Shown one piece after another: positions 47,111 to 57,635 of a stretch of DNA of 64,000 nucleotides (position 1 is the first letter of the stretch; each line of letters begins with the position of its first letter). The notes below the pieces were generated by a model that worked only from the letters and a program-made list of their open reading frames with translations, was not told the DNA's origin and ran no database searches. The translations under genes were made by a program, and so were the position numbers. Origin of the DNA: an uncultured Dialister sp. (lineage in GTDB: Bacteria > Bacillota > Negativicutes > Veillonellales > Dialisteraceae); the NCBI GenBank assembly GCA_934178345.1, contig CAKPQG010000007.1:9817-73816 (forward strand), given 5' to 3'.

Positions 47111-47263
47111 ACCTGAACCTTCACCTCATTTACATTCTATTTACAATCTAAACTCAAACCGTACACCATTCTCTCTTTCCTTTTTACATCCATCCCTTAG
47201 ACTACAAATATCAACGCAAGAGAAAACAAAAAATAAAAGGTATGTCTCTAAGGAGGACACAAA

Positions 47264-48145
47264 ATGAAACTCAAAAAAATGATGGCACTGGCACTGGCTT
47301 CTACCGCTTTGATCGCAGCAGCAGGCTGCGGTGGAAACAGCCAGCCGGCAAAGAGCGGTGCTGCTTCCGGCGCGAAGGTCACAGGACAGGTCACTTCTTC
47401 CGGTTCTTCCGCACTGCTTCCGCTGGTAAAGGATGCGGCTGCTAAGTTCAAGAGCAAGAATCCGGAAGTATCCCTGACACTGAATGCAGGCGGCTCCGGC
47501 ACAGGCTTGAAGCAGGTCGCTGAAGGCTCTGTCAACATCGGCAATTCCGATGTACCGGCTGAAAAGAAGCTGCCGGCTGAAAAAGCCAAAGGCCTCGTAG
47601 ACCATAAGGTCTGCACCATGACTGTTGCTACCATCATCAATAAAGATATCGCTGACAAAGTGAAGAGCCTGACCGCCCAGCAGCTGCAGGATGTCTTCAC
47701 TGCCAAAGTCACGAACTGGAAAGAGGTAGGCGGCCCGGATGAACCGATCGTCCTCGTCACCCGTCCGACCACCTCCGGCACCCGCGCTCTCTTCACGGAA
47801 TTGGCTCTCGCTGGTCAGGAAGAAGCATCCAACAAATCTCTGGAAACTGACGACAGCGGTACGCTGATCCAGAGCGTAGCACAGACCAAGGGTGCTATCG
47901 GCTATGTCGCTCTTCCGTACCTCGTCAACAACAAAGACGTAGCGGCTCTTGCCATCGACGGCGTGGCACCGACGCTGGAAAATACCTATAACGGCAAGTA
48001 CAAAGTCTGGGGATATGAACACATGTACACCAAGGGCGAACCGACCGGTGCCGTCAAAGCGTTCCTGGACTATATCCTCTCTGATGAATATGGCGTAGAG
48101 ATCGAAAAGCAGGGCTACGGCGTTTCCTCTAAGATGAAGAAATAA
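47264..48145 (+). CDS. pstS: phosphate ABC transporter substrate-binding lipoprotein
   Basis: Lipobox LIAAAGCGG; PstS-family motifs (SSGSSALLP, GSGTG); AAGGAGG RBS. Confidence 0.88.
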   Translation: MKLKKMMALALASTALIAAAGCGGNSQPAKSGAASGAKVTGQVTSSGSSALLPLVKDAAAKFKSKNPEVSLTLNAGGSGTGLKQVAEGSVNIGNSDVPAEKKLPAEKAKGLVDHKVCTMTVATIINKDIADKVKSLTAQQLQDVFTAKVTNWKEVGGPDEPIVLVTRPTTSGTRALFTELALAGQEEASNKSLETDDSGTLIQSVAQTKGAIGYVALPYLVNNKDVAALAIDGVAPTLENTYNGKYKVWGYEHMYTKGEPTGAVKAFLDYILSDEYGVEIEKQGYGVSSKMKK

Positions 48146-48149
48146 ATGG

Positions 48150-48610
48150 GGGGGAGGGTTAGCCCGTGGGGCGTGACGTCCACTGATTATGAATGAAAGC
48201 TTTGCTCGAATGAGGAATTAGGAATGAGGAATTAGGAATGAAGGTGGCGGCTTCGCCGCGAATATATATGGGGCGATGCCCGAAGGTGGTATTTAGTCAC
48301 CAGTCACTAGTCCCTAGCCACTCCTAATCCCCAATCCCTAATCCCTAGCCACTCATCCCTGCTTTCAAACTTCAAACTTCAAGGTTCAGGGTTAGCCTCT
48401 GGGCGTGTCGCCCCTTGCCTGTTTGCGAAAGAGGTTCAGCAGGTTCTATAGGTTCAACGGGGGTGGTGCGGCGCATAAAAATATGGAAGCGCCGCGGAGG
48501 TTTGAAACTAGCGGTTTTCTCGTATCGCAAACCTAATCCCTAGCTACTAATCCCTAGCTACCAGTCACCTGTAATGCCTGACTGCTAAGCTCAGCCCTTT
48601 GTCCAAACAA
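48150..48610. repeat. mosaic intergenic repeat cluster (about 1.7 inverted copies of the composite unit)
   Basis: Reverse-orientation versions of the same boxes as in 40540-41050 and 15880-16395. Confidence 0.85.
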
Positions 48611-48704
48611 ATTAAATACGATTTTGCAATAACGCTTACAGAATACGGGGAAAGTGGCTGCTTTGGGCAGCCGCCTTTCCCGTTTCTATCAAGGAGAATG
48701 ATTT

Positions 48705-49643
48705 ATGGTCCCGATTTTTGAAAAAGGAGTCAATATGGAGGGCAGCAGTACGAACCAGCATATGTTCCGAAGAGAATACTTTGGCAAAAGCCTCTCGACT
48801 CTCTGCGGCGGATTCCTGGTCGTCCTGACGATCGCCATCGGCTGTTTCCTCTTGGCGAAAGGCATGCTTTCGTTCACACAATTTCATCACTCAGTGAGTG
48901 AGTTTCTTTTCTCTCCGGTTTGGAAGCCGACGGATACCGAAGTCGGCGGCGGCCAGATCGGCGCGGCGATCTACATCTGGGGTTCTATCCTGACCTGCGC
49001 GGTCGCACTGGTCATTGCTATCCCCTTCAGCCTTTCCACGGCGATCTTCATGACACAGATTTCGCCCAAGATCGGGGAAAAGATCATTCGTCCGGCGGTA
49101 GAGATCTTCGTCGGGATCCCGTCTGTTGTTTACGGCTGGGTCGGGCTGGTCGTTCTGGTACCGCTCATCCAGAAGGTATTCGACCGCTCTCACGGGCAGT
49201 CGGTGCTGGCGGCAGCGATCGTGCTTTCCGTCATGATCTATCCGACGATCACTTCCGTCTCCGCCGATGCCATCCGCAGTGTGAATCAGAAGTATATCGA
49301 AGGCGCTTATGGCCTTGGCTCCACTCGCTGGCAGATGATTTATAAAGTGCTTCTCCCCGCTGCGATGTCGGGCATCCTGACAGCTATCGTGCTCGGCTTG
49401 GCCAGAGCTTTCGGCGAAGCACTCGCTGTCTCCATGGTCATCGGGAAGATGCGCGCATTCCCGAAGAGCCTGCTTGACCCGACGAATAACCTGACGTCTG
49501 CGATCGCCTCCGATATGGGCGGTGCGATGGATGGCGGCGAATTCAATGCAGCTCTCTGGTCCATGGCGCTCCTGCTCTTTATCGTGTCCCTTCTTTTCAT
49601 TCTGATCATCCATCTGATCGCTGCCAGAAAGGAGAAAATCTGA
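48705..49643 (+). CDS. pstC: phosphate ABC transporter permease
   Basis: 6 TM with a PstC-type EAA loop; AAGGAGA RBS. Confidence 0.85.
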   Translation: MVPIFEKGVNMEGSSTNQHMFRREYFGKSLSTLCGGFLVVLTIAIGCFLLAKGMLSFTQFHHSVSEFLFSPVWKPTDTEVGGGQIGAAIYIWGSILTCAVALVIAIPFSLSTAIFMTQISPKIGEKIIRPAVEIFVGIPSVVYGWVGLVVLVPLIQKVFDRSHGQSVLAAAIVLSVMIYPTITSVSADAIRSVNQKYIEGAYGLGSTRWQMIYKVLLPAAMSGILTAIVLGLARAFGEALAVSMVIGKMRAFPKSLLDPTNNLTSAIASDMGGAMDGGEFNAALWSMALLLFIVSLLFILIIHLIAARKEKI

Positions 49644-50569
49644 TGAACCCGAATTCTTCCCTTTCGGCAGACGAGCTTCGTCACGTGAGCGGCTCGCTCA
49701 AGCGGGCGCATATGTCTGACAATCTTGCAACGGCTGTCTTCTACGTGGTATCCGGAGCCTTCGTCCTGCTTCTCATCGCCTTTACGATGTATGTGGTCTG
49801 GGGCGGCATCAAAGCCTTCCGTCCTGAGATCTTCTCTTTTGAAGCAAATGGCATCGGAAATCAGTTTTTCAACACTGTCTATCTCGTTTTCCTCTCTCTT
49901 GTGATTTCTGTACCGATCGGTATCTTTGCCGGCGTGTACATGGCAGAATATGCGCCGGAAGGCCGCATCATCAATGCTCTTCGCATCGCCATCGAGACAT
50001 TGTCCTCTCTCCCTTCGATCGTAGTCGGCCTTTTTGGCTACCTGGTCTTCATCATCATGGTCGGATCCCAGTGGAACCTCTTCGCCGGGGCGTTGGCGGT
50101 GTCCGTCCTGTCTCTGCCGCTTATCACTGCGACCACCTATGATGCGCTGAAAGCACTGCCGCATGGATTCAAAGAAGGCAGCCTTGCACTGGGTGCGACC
50201 CACTTCGAGACGATCTGGAAGGTCATGCTGCCTGCAGCCATCGGACCGATAGTGACCGGCATCATTCTGGCAGCCGGCCGAGGATTCGGCGAAGCCGCTG
50301 CGCTCCTTTACACCGCAGGTATGAGCACCGATATCAGCTGGCAGGTATGGGATATCACCTCTCCGGTCTGCCCGCTGAATCCGTTCCGCCCGGGCGAAAC
50401 CCTGTCTTTGCAGGTCTGGGCGTCCCGCACTGAAGGCGTCGGAGGATCAGCCGTTGATATCGCAGCAGCAGCTTCCGCGGTTCTGATGCTCATGGTCTTG
50501 GCCTTTAGCATCGGAGCCCGCCTCATCAGTCACTACATTACTAAGAAAACAGAAGGAGAACATGCATAA
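49643..50569 (+). CDS. pstA: phosphate ABC transporter permease
   Basis: ATGA overlap with pstC; PstA-like TM pattern. Confidence 0.85.
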   Translation: MNPNSSLSADELRHVSGSLKRAHMSDNLATAVFYVVSGAFVLLLIAFTMYVVWGGIKAFRPEIFSFEANGIGNQFFNTVYLVFLSLVISVPIGIFAGVYMAEYAPEGRIINALRIAIETLSSLPSIVVGLFGYLVFIIMVGSQWNLFAGALAVSVLSLPLITATTYDALKALPHGFKEGSLALGATHFETIWKVMLPAAIGPIVTGIILAAGRGFGEAAALLYTAGMSTDISWQVWDITSPVCPLNPFRPGETLSLQVWASRTEGVGGSAVDIAAAASAVLMLMVLAFSIGARLISHYITKKTEGEHA

Positions 50570-51387
50570 TGTACTATAATGGAAATTCCGTGGCGGTCCC
50601 GGCTCCTGCCGAAGCACCGGCCATCTCGGTCTATAACAATATCAGCTTTGACTGCAAGAATGTCGATCTTTACTACGGCTCTTTTCAGGCACTGAAGAGC
50701 ATCGATCTTCGCATTGAAAAGAACCAGATCACCGCGCTCATCGGACCGTCCGGCTGCGGGAAATCGACCTTCCTGCGCTCGCTGAACCGCATGAATGACC
50801 TCATCCCGTCCTGCCGTGTAGAAGGGGAGATCCTTCTGGCCGGTGTCGACGCCTATAAAGATATCGACCCGATCGTTCTTCGCCGTCATGTCGGCATGGT
50901 TTTCCAGCAGCCGAACCCCTTCCCGAAGAGTGTCTATGACAATGTTGCTTATGGTCCCCGACTGAAAGGGATCACCAAGAAAGCGGATCTGGATGAGATC
51001 GTAGAAAGCAGCCTGCGTCAGGCTGCCATCTGGGACGAACTGAAAGACCGCCTGCACAAGTCTGCTCTCGGTCTTTCCGGTGGTCAGCAGCAGCGTCTCT
51101 GCATCGCCAGAGCGCTTGCGGTAGAGCCGGATGTGCTTCTCATGGACGAAGCGACTTCCGCCCTCGACCCGATCTCCACCGCTCATATCGAAGAACTCGC
51201 TGTGAAGCTCAAGGAACGCTACACGGTCATCATGGTCACCCATAACATGCAGCAGGCACAGCGTATCGCTGACAAGACAGCCTTCTTCTATCTTGGCGAA
51301 ATGGTGGAATACGGTGAAACCAGACAGATTTTCGAGAATCCGCAGAAAGAAAGAACCATCCGCTACATTTCCGGTAACTTTGGTTGA
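50569..51387 (+). CDS. pstB: phosphate ABC transporter ATP-binding protein
   Basis: [12 protein letters not shown] Walker [10 protein letters not shown] signature, Walker [12 protein letters not shown]. Terminator-like hairpin at about 51420-51465. Confidence 0.9.
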   Translation: MYYNGNSVAVPAPAEAPAISVYNNISFDCKNVDLYYGSFQALKSIDLRIEKNQITALIGPSGCGKSTFLRSLNRMNDLIPSCRVEGEILLAGVDAYKDIDPIVLRRHVGMVFQQPNPFPKSVYDNVAYGPRLKGITKKADLDEIVESSLRQAAIWDELKDRLHKSALGLSGGQQQRLCIARALAVEPDVLLMDEATSALDPISTAHIEELAVKLKERYTVIMVTHNMQQAQRIADKTAFFYLGEMVEYGETRQIFENPQKERTIRYISGNFG

Positions 51388-51479
51388 TTTCATATGATAA
51401 AATAATAAGGAATACATCACCGGCGGGTCAGAGACGATCAAGGTCTCTGGCGTGCCGGCTTTTGGATAGGAGAAGTAAG

Positions 51480-51700
51480 CGGGAATACAGGCTTTCTTTT
51501 TTGTGAAACGCTTCTCGAAAAAGTGAGGAGTGAGGAATTAGGAGTGAGGAGTGTTGGAAGGGGCGCATAATTCATAAAGCGCCCCAATGCCCCTTTTTAT
51601 ATTTCACGGCGCCTCCTTATTTTATGCGCCGTACCTCCACTCCTAACTCCTCATTCCTAACTCCTAACTTCTCGCTTGCTATGGGATATAGCAAGATGAT
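51480..51700. repeat. mosaic intergenic repeat cluster (GAGGAGT-heptad variant)
   Basis: (GTGAGGA)n, TTATTTTATGCGCCGTACCTCCACTCCTAACTCC. Confidence 0.75.
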
Positions 51701-51724
51701 TTTCTCTTGCAACAGGAGGTTTCC

Positions 51725-52417
51725 ATGCCCTTAATTTACTGTGTAGAAGATGATGAAAGTATTCGCGAGCTGGTGAGCTATGCGCTCCGTGGACAGGGGT
51801 ACAAGGTCGAAGGCTTTGGCGATGCCAATGCGCTGTATGATGCATTGCAGAAAAATATACCTGACATGCTGCTCCTTGATATCATGCTCCCGGGAGAGGA
51901 TGGACTGACCATTCTGAAAAAAATGAGAGCGCCGGGGAGTGGAGCGATGCAGACGGTCCCGATCATCATGATGACAGCGAAAACGAGTGAGTTTGACATC
52001 GTAAAGGGGCTTGACTGCGGAGCGGATGACTATGTGACGAAGCCTTTCGGCATCATGGAACTGCTCTCGCGGATTCGTTCAGTCCTTCGCCGAGCTAAAA
52101 AAGCGACGGAGCCGAATAAGAAGCTGCTCTCTTATGGTCATATCGTCGTGGATCAGGAGCAGCACATCGTCACATCAGGCGGAAAAGAAATCCAGCTGAC
52201 ACTCAAGGAATTTGACTTGCTCTGCTATCTCCTGCTGAATAAGGGCATCGTCCTGTCTCGTGACCAGATCATGCAGTCTGTATGGGACTCTCCTTTTGAA
52301 ATGGAAAGCCGTACCATCGATATGCACATCATGAGCCTTCGTCAGAAGCTTGGAGAAGAAGGCTCCCTCATCCGCACGGTCCGAGGCGTCGGCTACAGAC
52401 TGGGGGATAGAAAATAG
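51725..52417 (+). CDS. OmpR/PhoB-family response regulator
   Basis: Receiver D-box (LLLDIMLPGEDG) plus winged-helix output (RTVRGVGYRL); AGGAGG RBS. Position after pstSCAB suggests a PhoP-like role. Confidence 0.85.
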   Translation: MPLIYCVEDDESIRELVSYALRGQGYKVEGFGDANALYDALQKNIPDMLLLDIMLPGEDGLTILKKMRAPGSGAMQTVPIIMMTAKTSEFDIVKGLDCGADDYVTKPFGIMELLSRIRSVLRRAKKATEPNKKLLSYGHIVVDQEQHIVTSGGKEIQLTLKEFDLLCYLLLNKGIVLSRDQIMQSVWDSPFEMESRTIDMHIMSLRQKLGEEGSLIRTVRGVGYRLGDRK

Positions 52418-52419
52418 GG

Positions 52420-52730
52420 GGGAGGCTTGGGGTTAGCCCAAGGGGCGGGGCGCCCATGGATTGCGGATGAAAGCCTCTCTCGAATGAGAAATGAGAAATG
52501 CGAAATGGTGGTGCGGCGCATAAAAATCAGAAGCGCCTCGGAGGTTTGAAATTAGCGATTTTCTCGTATCGCAAACCTAATCCCTAGCCACTAGTCACTA
52601 GCCACTAGCCACTAGCCACTAGTCACTAGTTACTAGTCACTAGTCACCAGTCACCAGTCACTCAAGGCCACTCATCCCTAATCCCAGATTTAGAACCTAT
52701 TACCTATGGGGGCATGCATAGGCGGCCATG
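52420..52730. repeat. mosaic intergenic repeat cluster with a roughly 10-copy (CACTAGY) heptamer tract
   Basis: Heptamer tract at 52588-52662; GGTGGTGCGGCGCATAAAAAT and GCGCCTCGGAG boxes. Confidence 0.85.
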
Positions 52731-52778
52731 CTACTCTATTTTATATTTCTGCTAATACAACTCACGTAGGAGAAACAC

Positions 52779-54716
52779 ATGAGAGGAAGAATTTATAAAA
52801 GTCTGCTCTTTATGGGCATCATATCCGTGGTCGTGACATTTATACTCTCGGCCATCTTATATTACCAGGGGATGCAGGAGCAGATCAGTGCAGAGCTCGG
52901 TCGCACGGCGCGTGTTGTTTCCGGTGCGATTTCCAGAGACAGGGAAGAGAGCAGCCTCGAGTATCTGGACTGGATTTTCAAAGACAATGAACGTGCCATT
53001 CACATTGTCTGGCTCGATACCGATGGCTCTGTCATCTATGACAGTGACCACAAAGAGGAGGATTACAAGGCAAGCGGCGAAGTGAAGGCGGCATTTGCGA
53101 CAGGCCGTGGACACGAAGTGCATAAGGACTCCTTTGACAAGCCGAAGAGCTATTATGCCGTCAGAGCAGATGACGGCACGGTACTCCGGCTTTCAAGCGG
53201 ACGCATGGTGAATTACAAGGGCTACTCCTCCTACCTGCCGGAGATCTTCATCTTCCTTCTGGTCTTCACCGTAGGCTGTCTGGCTGCGGCGGAACGGGAG
53301 ACGGAAAACATTTTGAAGCCCTTCCATCTTTTGGGAGAGCTCGTGCAGCGTATCATGAAGGGGGAAAAGGTAGACGCGCTGCCTCCTGAATATAAGGAGC
53401 TGCGTCCCCTCATCCGCAAGGTCGAAGAGCAGCACAAGGATATCGAGAACTATATGGAGGATATCGAAGAGGAAAGAAATACGATCCGCATCGTGGTCGA
53501 TACCATCGCAGACGGCATCATCCTTCTGAATGGCAGCCGTGAAATTATCGATTACAATAATGCGATCGAAGATATTTTCCATCCGAATGAGAACAAGCGC
53601 TTCCGTCGTATAGCAAGCCTGTATCATGATGAGGACTGGCTTCGCGTCATCGGCAAAGCCTACCACAGCGAGGGGAAGCAGGAGTACACCATGTGCCTCT
53701 TTGATAAGCCCTTCCGCATGGTCATGAATCGGATCGAACTCACTGACGGAGAATCCGGCCTTCTCATCGTACTTCGTGATATGACGGCCTCCTACATGGC
53801 TGAAAAAATGCGCCGCGAATTTTCCGCCAATGTTTCGCACGAGCTGAAGACACCGCTGACCTCCATCAGCGGGTTCGCAGAAATGATCGCCAATGGCATG
53901 TACCAGAAGCCGGAGGACGTGCGCCTCTTCGGCAGCCGCATCGTGAATGAATCCCAGCGGATGCTGACACTGATCGATACCATCATGCATCTTTCCAAGA
54001 TCGAGGAGACAGAGACCACCATCACATGGAAGACTGTCTCTGCGGACAGCCTGGTGCGGTATGCAGCCGATCTCATTTCTCCGCAGGCAGATGCCAAGCA
54101 TGTCAAGGTACATGTGGATACAGACCCGCTTTACACCTATGGCAATGCGGCACTTCTCTCCGAGCTTATCATGAATCTCCTGGATAATGCGGTGAAATAC
54201 AACCATGAAGGCGGGGATGTATACGCACGCCTCTCACCGGAAGGGGAAGACAAGATGATCCTCACGGTATCGGATACAGGTATCGGCATTCCGAAGGATA
54301 AGCAGGGGCGCGTCTTTGAGCGCTTCTACCGCGCCGAAGCGAGCCGCAACAAAGCGACCGGCGGCAGCGGACTCGGACTTGCCATCTGTAAGCATATCGT
54401 AGAAAAGCACAAGGGCATGCTCTCTATCGAAAGTACCGAAGGGGAAGGCACGACCGTCACCGTTATCCTGCCCAGAATGAGCGAAGGCGACGTGGATCGA
54501 GAGCAGGCCGAAGCCATGACGGCAAAGCAGGAAGCGGCAGATGCAGAGTCTGGTCGTCTCGCCGCCGAAGAAGCCGAAGAAGACAGAAAGGCCAGCGAAG
54601 CCGCGGGTGATGTCAAAGGCGAAAAGGCGGGAAAAGACGTACACCACAAGGTCAAGAAGCCGAAGAAAGAAAAGAAAGAGAAGGGACGGAAGAAGGAAGA
54701 AAAGAAGAAAAAGTGA
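52779..54716 (+). CDS. sensor histidine kinase (PhoR-like) with a C-terminal Lys/Glu-rich tail
   Basis: 2 TM, PAS, HisKA (SHELKTPL), HATPase_c (GGSGLGLAI). C-terminal KVKKPKKEKKEKGRKKEEKKKK. Confidence 0.85.
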   Translation: MRGRIYKSLLFMGIISVVVTFILSAILYYQGMQEQISAELGRTARVVSGAISRDREESSLEYLDWIFKDNERAIHIVWLDTDGSVIYDSDHKEEDYKASGEVKAAFATGRGHEVHKDSFDKPKSYYAVRADDGTVLRLSSGRMVNYKGYSSYLPEIFIFLLVFTVGCLAAAERETENILKPFHLLGELVQRIMKGEKVDALPPEYKELRPLIRKVEEQHKDIENYMEDIEEERNTIRIVVDTIADGIILLNGSREIIDYNNAIEDIFHPNENKRFRRIASLYHDEDWLRVIGKAYHSEGKQEYTMCLFDKPFRMVMNRIELTDGESGLLIVLRDMTASYMAEKMRREFSANVSHELKTPLTSISGFAEMIANGMYQKPEDVRLFGSRIVNESQRMLTLIDTIMHLSKIEETETTITWKTVSADSLVRYAADLISPQADAKHVKVHVDTDPLYTYGNAALLSELIMNLLDNAVKYNHEGGDVYARLSPEGEDKMILTVSDTGIGIPKDKQGRVFERFYRAEASRNKATGGSGLGLAICKHIVEKHKGMLSIESTEGEGTTVTVILPRMSEGDVDREQAEAMTAKQEAADAESGRLAAEEAEEDRKASEAAGDVKGEKAGKDVHHKVKKPKKEKKEKGRKKEEKKKK

Positions 54717-54719
54717 TTT

Positions 54720-54990
54720 GTGGCTGGTGACTAGGGACTGGGGGCTAGGGATTAGGAGTCTCAAGTGACTGGTGACTAGTGACTGGTAGCTAGGGATTAG
54801 TGGCTAGGGATTAGGTTTGCGATACGAGAAAATCGCTAATTTCAAACCTCCGCGGCGCTTCTGATTTTTATGCGCCGCACCACCATTCCTAATTCCTCAT
54901 TCCTAATTCCTCATTCGCGCAAAGCTTTCATTCATAATCAGTGGACGGAGCCGCCCGAGGGGCTAACCCTTGAATCCGACAACCTTTATT
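54720..54990. repeat. mosaic intergenic repeat cluster
   Basis: Heptads; TTTGCGATACGAGAAAATCGCTAATTTCAAACCTCCGCGGCGCTTCTGATTTTTATGCGCCGCACCACC; (ATTCCTA)n. Confidence 0.85.
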
Positions 54991-55173
54991 TTTTTACTTG
55001 ACGCGCACTGATTTCTGTAGTATCATATCTCTTGTAATTGATTGCAAGCAGAAGTCATCCGCTTCTCACCTTACATGGCGCAGGCTACTAAGGTTTACGT
55101 ATGAACTCAAGGCGGACGGCACATGCTGTCCGCCTTTACACTTGCAATGATTTCTATTTCGGAGGTGAAAAGA

Positions 55174-55683
55174 ATAGGTAAGGAACTTCGCATCAATGAA
55201 CAGATCCGCGCCAGAGAGGTGCGTGTTGTCAGCGATGCAAATGAACAATTGGGGATCATGACGCTCCATGAAGCGATTCGCATGGCGGAAGAAAAAGGAC
55301 TTGATCTCGTAGAGGTGGCACCGAATGGCCGTCCACCCGTATGCCGTATCATGAACTATGGCAAATACAGATATGAACAGCAGAAACGTGATAAAGAAGC
55401 CAAGAAGAAACAGAAGGTATTCCAGATCAAAGAAGTCAAGCTTCGTCCAAACATCGAAGACCATGATTTCTTTGTCAAACTGAAGAATGCGCAGCGTTTC
55501 TTAGGTGATGGAAACAAAGTCAAAGTGACCATCATGTTCCGTGGCAGAGAAATGACCCATCCAGAACTTGGACAGGATGTTCTCGACCGTTTCGCTAAAG
55601 AACTGGGTGATACCGTTGTTCGCGAAAAGCCACCGAAATTAGAAGGGCGCAACATGACAATGATCGTTGCCCCAAAAGCATAA
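55174..55683 (+). CDS. infC: translation initiation factor IF-3
   Basis: [13 protein letters not shown]...[14 protein letters not shown] motifs. A probable non-ATG start (ATA at 55174, 6 nt after GGAGGTG) is consistent with infC autoregulation. The ORF is open back to 55123. Confidence 0.8.
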   Translation: MGKELRINEQIRAREVRVVSDANEQLGIMTLHEAIRMAEEKGLDLVEVAPNGRPPVCRIMNYGKYRYEQQKRDKEAKKKQKVFQIKEVKLRPNIEDHDFFVKLKNAQRFLGDGNKVKVTIMFRGREMTHPELGQDVLDRFAKELGDTVVREKPPKLEGRNMTMIVAPKA

Positions 55684-55699
55684 CAAAGGAGAGTACAAA

Positions 55700-55897
55700 A
55701 TGCCGAAAATGAAAACCCGTCGCGCTGCGGCAAAACGTTTTACTGAAACCGGATCCGGTCAGTTCAAGAGAAACAAAGCATTCAAGAGCCACATTCTCGA
55801 AAAGAAGTCCCCGAAGAGAAAGAGAAACTTCAGAAAAGCAGCACTGGTTTCCAAGTCTGATTACAAACGTGTAGCAAGATTGCTTCCAAACGGCTAA
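55700..55897 (+). CDS. rpmI: 50S ribosomal protein L35
   Basis: [15 protein letters not shown]-terminus; AAGGAGAG RBS. Confidence 0.9.
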   Translation: MPKMKTRRAAAKRFTETGSGQFKRNKAFKSHILEKKSPKRKRNFRKAALVSKSDYKRVARLLPNG

Positions 55898-55915
55898 TAA
55901 GGAGGATATAAGAGA

Positions 55916-56266
55916 ATGGCAAGAGTAAAAAGCGGCGTTACCGCTCATGCAAGACATAAGAAGATTCTGAAACTGGCTAAGGGCTACAGAGGTGCTCGTC
56001 ACACCCAGTTCAGAAAAGCAAACGAACTGGTCATGAAGGCTCTCTACTATGCTAGAAGAGACCGTAGATCCAAGAAGAGAGAATTCCGTAAGCTCTGGAT
56101 CGTTCGTATCAATGCAGCAGCTCGTCAGAACGGCCTGACCTACAGCAAGCTCATCGCTGGCCTGACCCGTGCTGGCATCGAAGTGAACCGTAAGATGCTC
56201 TCCGAACTCGCTATCAGCGATCCGGCTGGCTTCACCCAGATCTGCGAAGCAGCTAAAAACGCTTAA
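55916..56266 (+). CDS. rplT: 50S ribosomal protein L20
   Basis: [20 protein letters not shown]-terminus; AAGGAGG RBS. Confidence 0.92.
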   Translation: MARVKSGVTAHARHKKILKLAKGYRGARHTQFRKANELVMKALYYARRDRRSKKREFRKLWIVRINAAARQNGLTYSKLIAGLTRAGIEVNRKMLSELAISDPAGFTQICEAAKNA

Positions 56267-56267
56267 T

Positions 56268-56312
56268 CCATAAAAATCCGTCTATGACGATCTGTCACGG
56301 ACGGATTTTTAT
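56268..56312 (+). terminator. intrinsic terminator
   Basis: AAAAATCCGTC-tatgacgatctgtcac-GGACGGATTTTTATTTT. Confidence 0.75.
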
Positions 56313-56439
56313 TTTGGGCAAAGGGCGCTTAACCGGAAGAATAAAAAGTGATGGGGGCTCTGTGAAGCCTCTTCCGCGATCCATCGAAATAGAGCCGGTC
56401 ATTTTATGCTATAATGACAGCAAAGATCCAAGCGAGGTG

Positions 56440-57549
56440 ATGCCAATGACTATACAACAAACGCTCACGCTCCTTTCCATGAAGGGGCTGCTTCATGAGG
56501 ATGAATCGCTGACCATCGCAGGCGGGGAAGAGGCAGCGTCGATCTCCCTGACTTTGCCGCACCTTCTCATCTTGAAGAATGTGACAGAGGAGGGAAGGGC
56601 CATTCTGTCATCGAGGCTTTCTATGCTGTATGAGAAGGAGAGCGCACTCATCCTTCTCTCTTCGGAAGGCCATATTCATAGGCTTACTATCGATGAATTC
56701 CAGCATGACCAGGGGAAGGAGCCATTCCTCTTTCTTTTTGACAGTCGCAAAGCGAGGGGGAAAGAACCTACGCCATTCACGTTGTCTCCGCTCGAAGAGA
56801 CAATGGATGCGCTGCTGGCACCCGGCGGCTGCCCCTGGGATCGCGCGCAGGATCATACATCGCTTCGCACCTATTTCCTGCAGGAGGTCTATGAAGTGAT
56901 CGATGCGATCGATAAGGGCGATATGGTGAACCTGAAAGAAGAGCTGGGCGATGTGCTGCTGCAGATCGTCTTTCATGCGCGCCTTGCGGAGAAGGAAGGC
57001 TTCTTCACCATGCAGGATGTCGTAGACGGCATCAATGAGAAAATGATCCGCCGGCATCCCTTTGTTTTCAAGAAAATCACAGTGGAAGAGACCAAAAAGC
57101 TCCTTGGGGACTGGGAAACACGGAAAAGATTGGAAAAAAACCGTAAATATCTGCTTTCCGGCGTCTCAAAAGACTTGCCAAGTCTGCTTTTAGCATGTAT
57201 AATTCAAAGGAAAGTTGGTTCCCATGGACTGACAGAAGCCCTCGAGGGTGGCGCACTTCCTGTGTCTTGTGCTGAAGAAATCAAGGCAGCCGTAGACGGG
57301 AAGGGAGCTGTCGATAAAGAGCTTTCGGCGGGGCGTTTCCTTTTTGCGTTAGACCGTGTAATAAATGCAGAAGGGGTAGAGCCTGAACTGGCTCTCCATC
57401 GCTACGCCAGATATGTCATGGATCAGCTGAGAGCCTTTGAAAAGGGCCTTTTCCAGAGAGGGAAGAGCCTGATGGACATCTCGCCCGAGGAGGCTCAGGT
57501 CTTGTGGCAGGATTTCTGCCGAAAGACGGATACATCAGCGCTCCCCTAG
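56440..57549 (+). CDS. mazG: MazG-family nucleoside triphosphate pyrophosphohydrolase with an uncharacterised roughly 150-aa N-terminal extension
   Basis: Central EExGE (LKEELGDVLLQIVFHARLAEKEG) and MazG tandem-domain pattern. Start placed after the rplT terminator (ATG 56440 or 56446). Confidence 0.7.
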   Translation: MPMTIQQTLTLLSMKGLLHEDESLTIAGGEEAASISLTLPHLLILKNVTEEGRAILSSRLSMLYEKESALILLSSEGHIHRLTIDEFQHDQGKEPFLFLFDSRKARGKEPTPFTLSPLEETMDALLAPGGCPWDRAQDHTSLRTYFLQEVYEVIDAIDKGDMVNLKEELGDVLLQIVFHARLAEKEGFFTMQDVVDGINEKMIRRHPFVFKKITVEETKKLLGDWETRKRLEKNRKYLLSGVSKDLPSLLLACIIQRKVGSHGLTEALEGGALPVSCAEEIKAAVDGKGAVDKELSAGRFLFALDRVINAEGVEPELALHRYARYVMDQLRAFEKGLFQRGKSLMDISPEEAQVLWQDFCRKTDTSALP

Positions 57550-57635
57550 CCCATTGGAGCTGAGAAGCGGTGTGCCTTGTGCACCACTCTTCTTTGTTGG
57601 CAAAAGCCATCATTATTAAAGGAGGATGTTTAGTT

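Noticed and set aside
52588-52662. CRISPR-array-like appearance of regularly repeating short units in the intergenic clusters
   Set aside because: Units are 7-9 bp tandem microsatellites with no unique spacers of 25-40 bp. There is no 24-48-bp direct repeat periodicity and no cas genes, so they are not CRISPR.
56284-56439. Upstream extension of the mazG ORF to 56284
   Set aside because: The extension overlaps the rplT intrinsic terminator hairpin. A plausible RBS (GAGGTGA) precedes the ATGs at 56440/56446.
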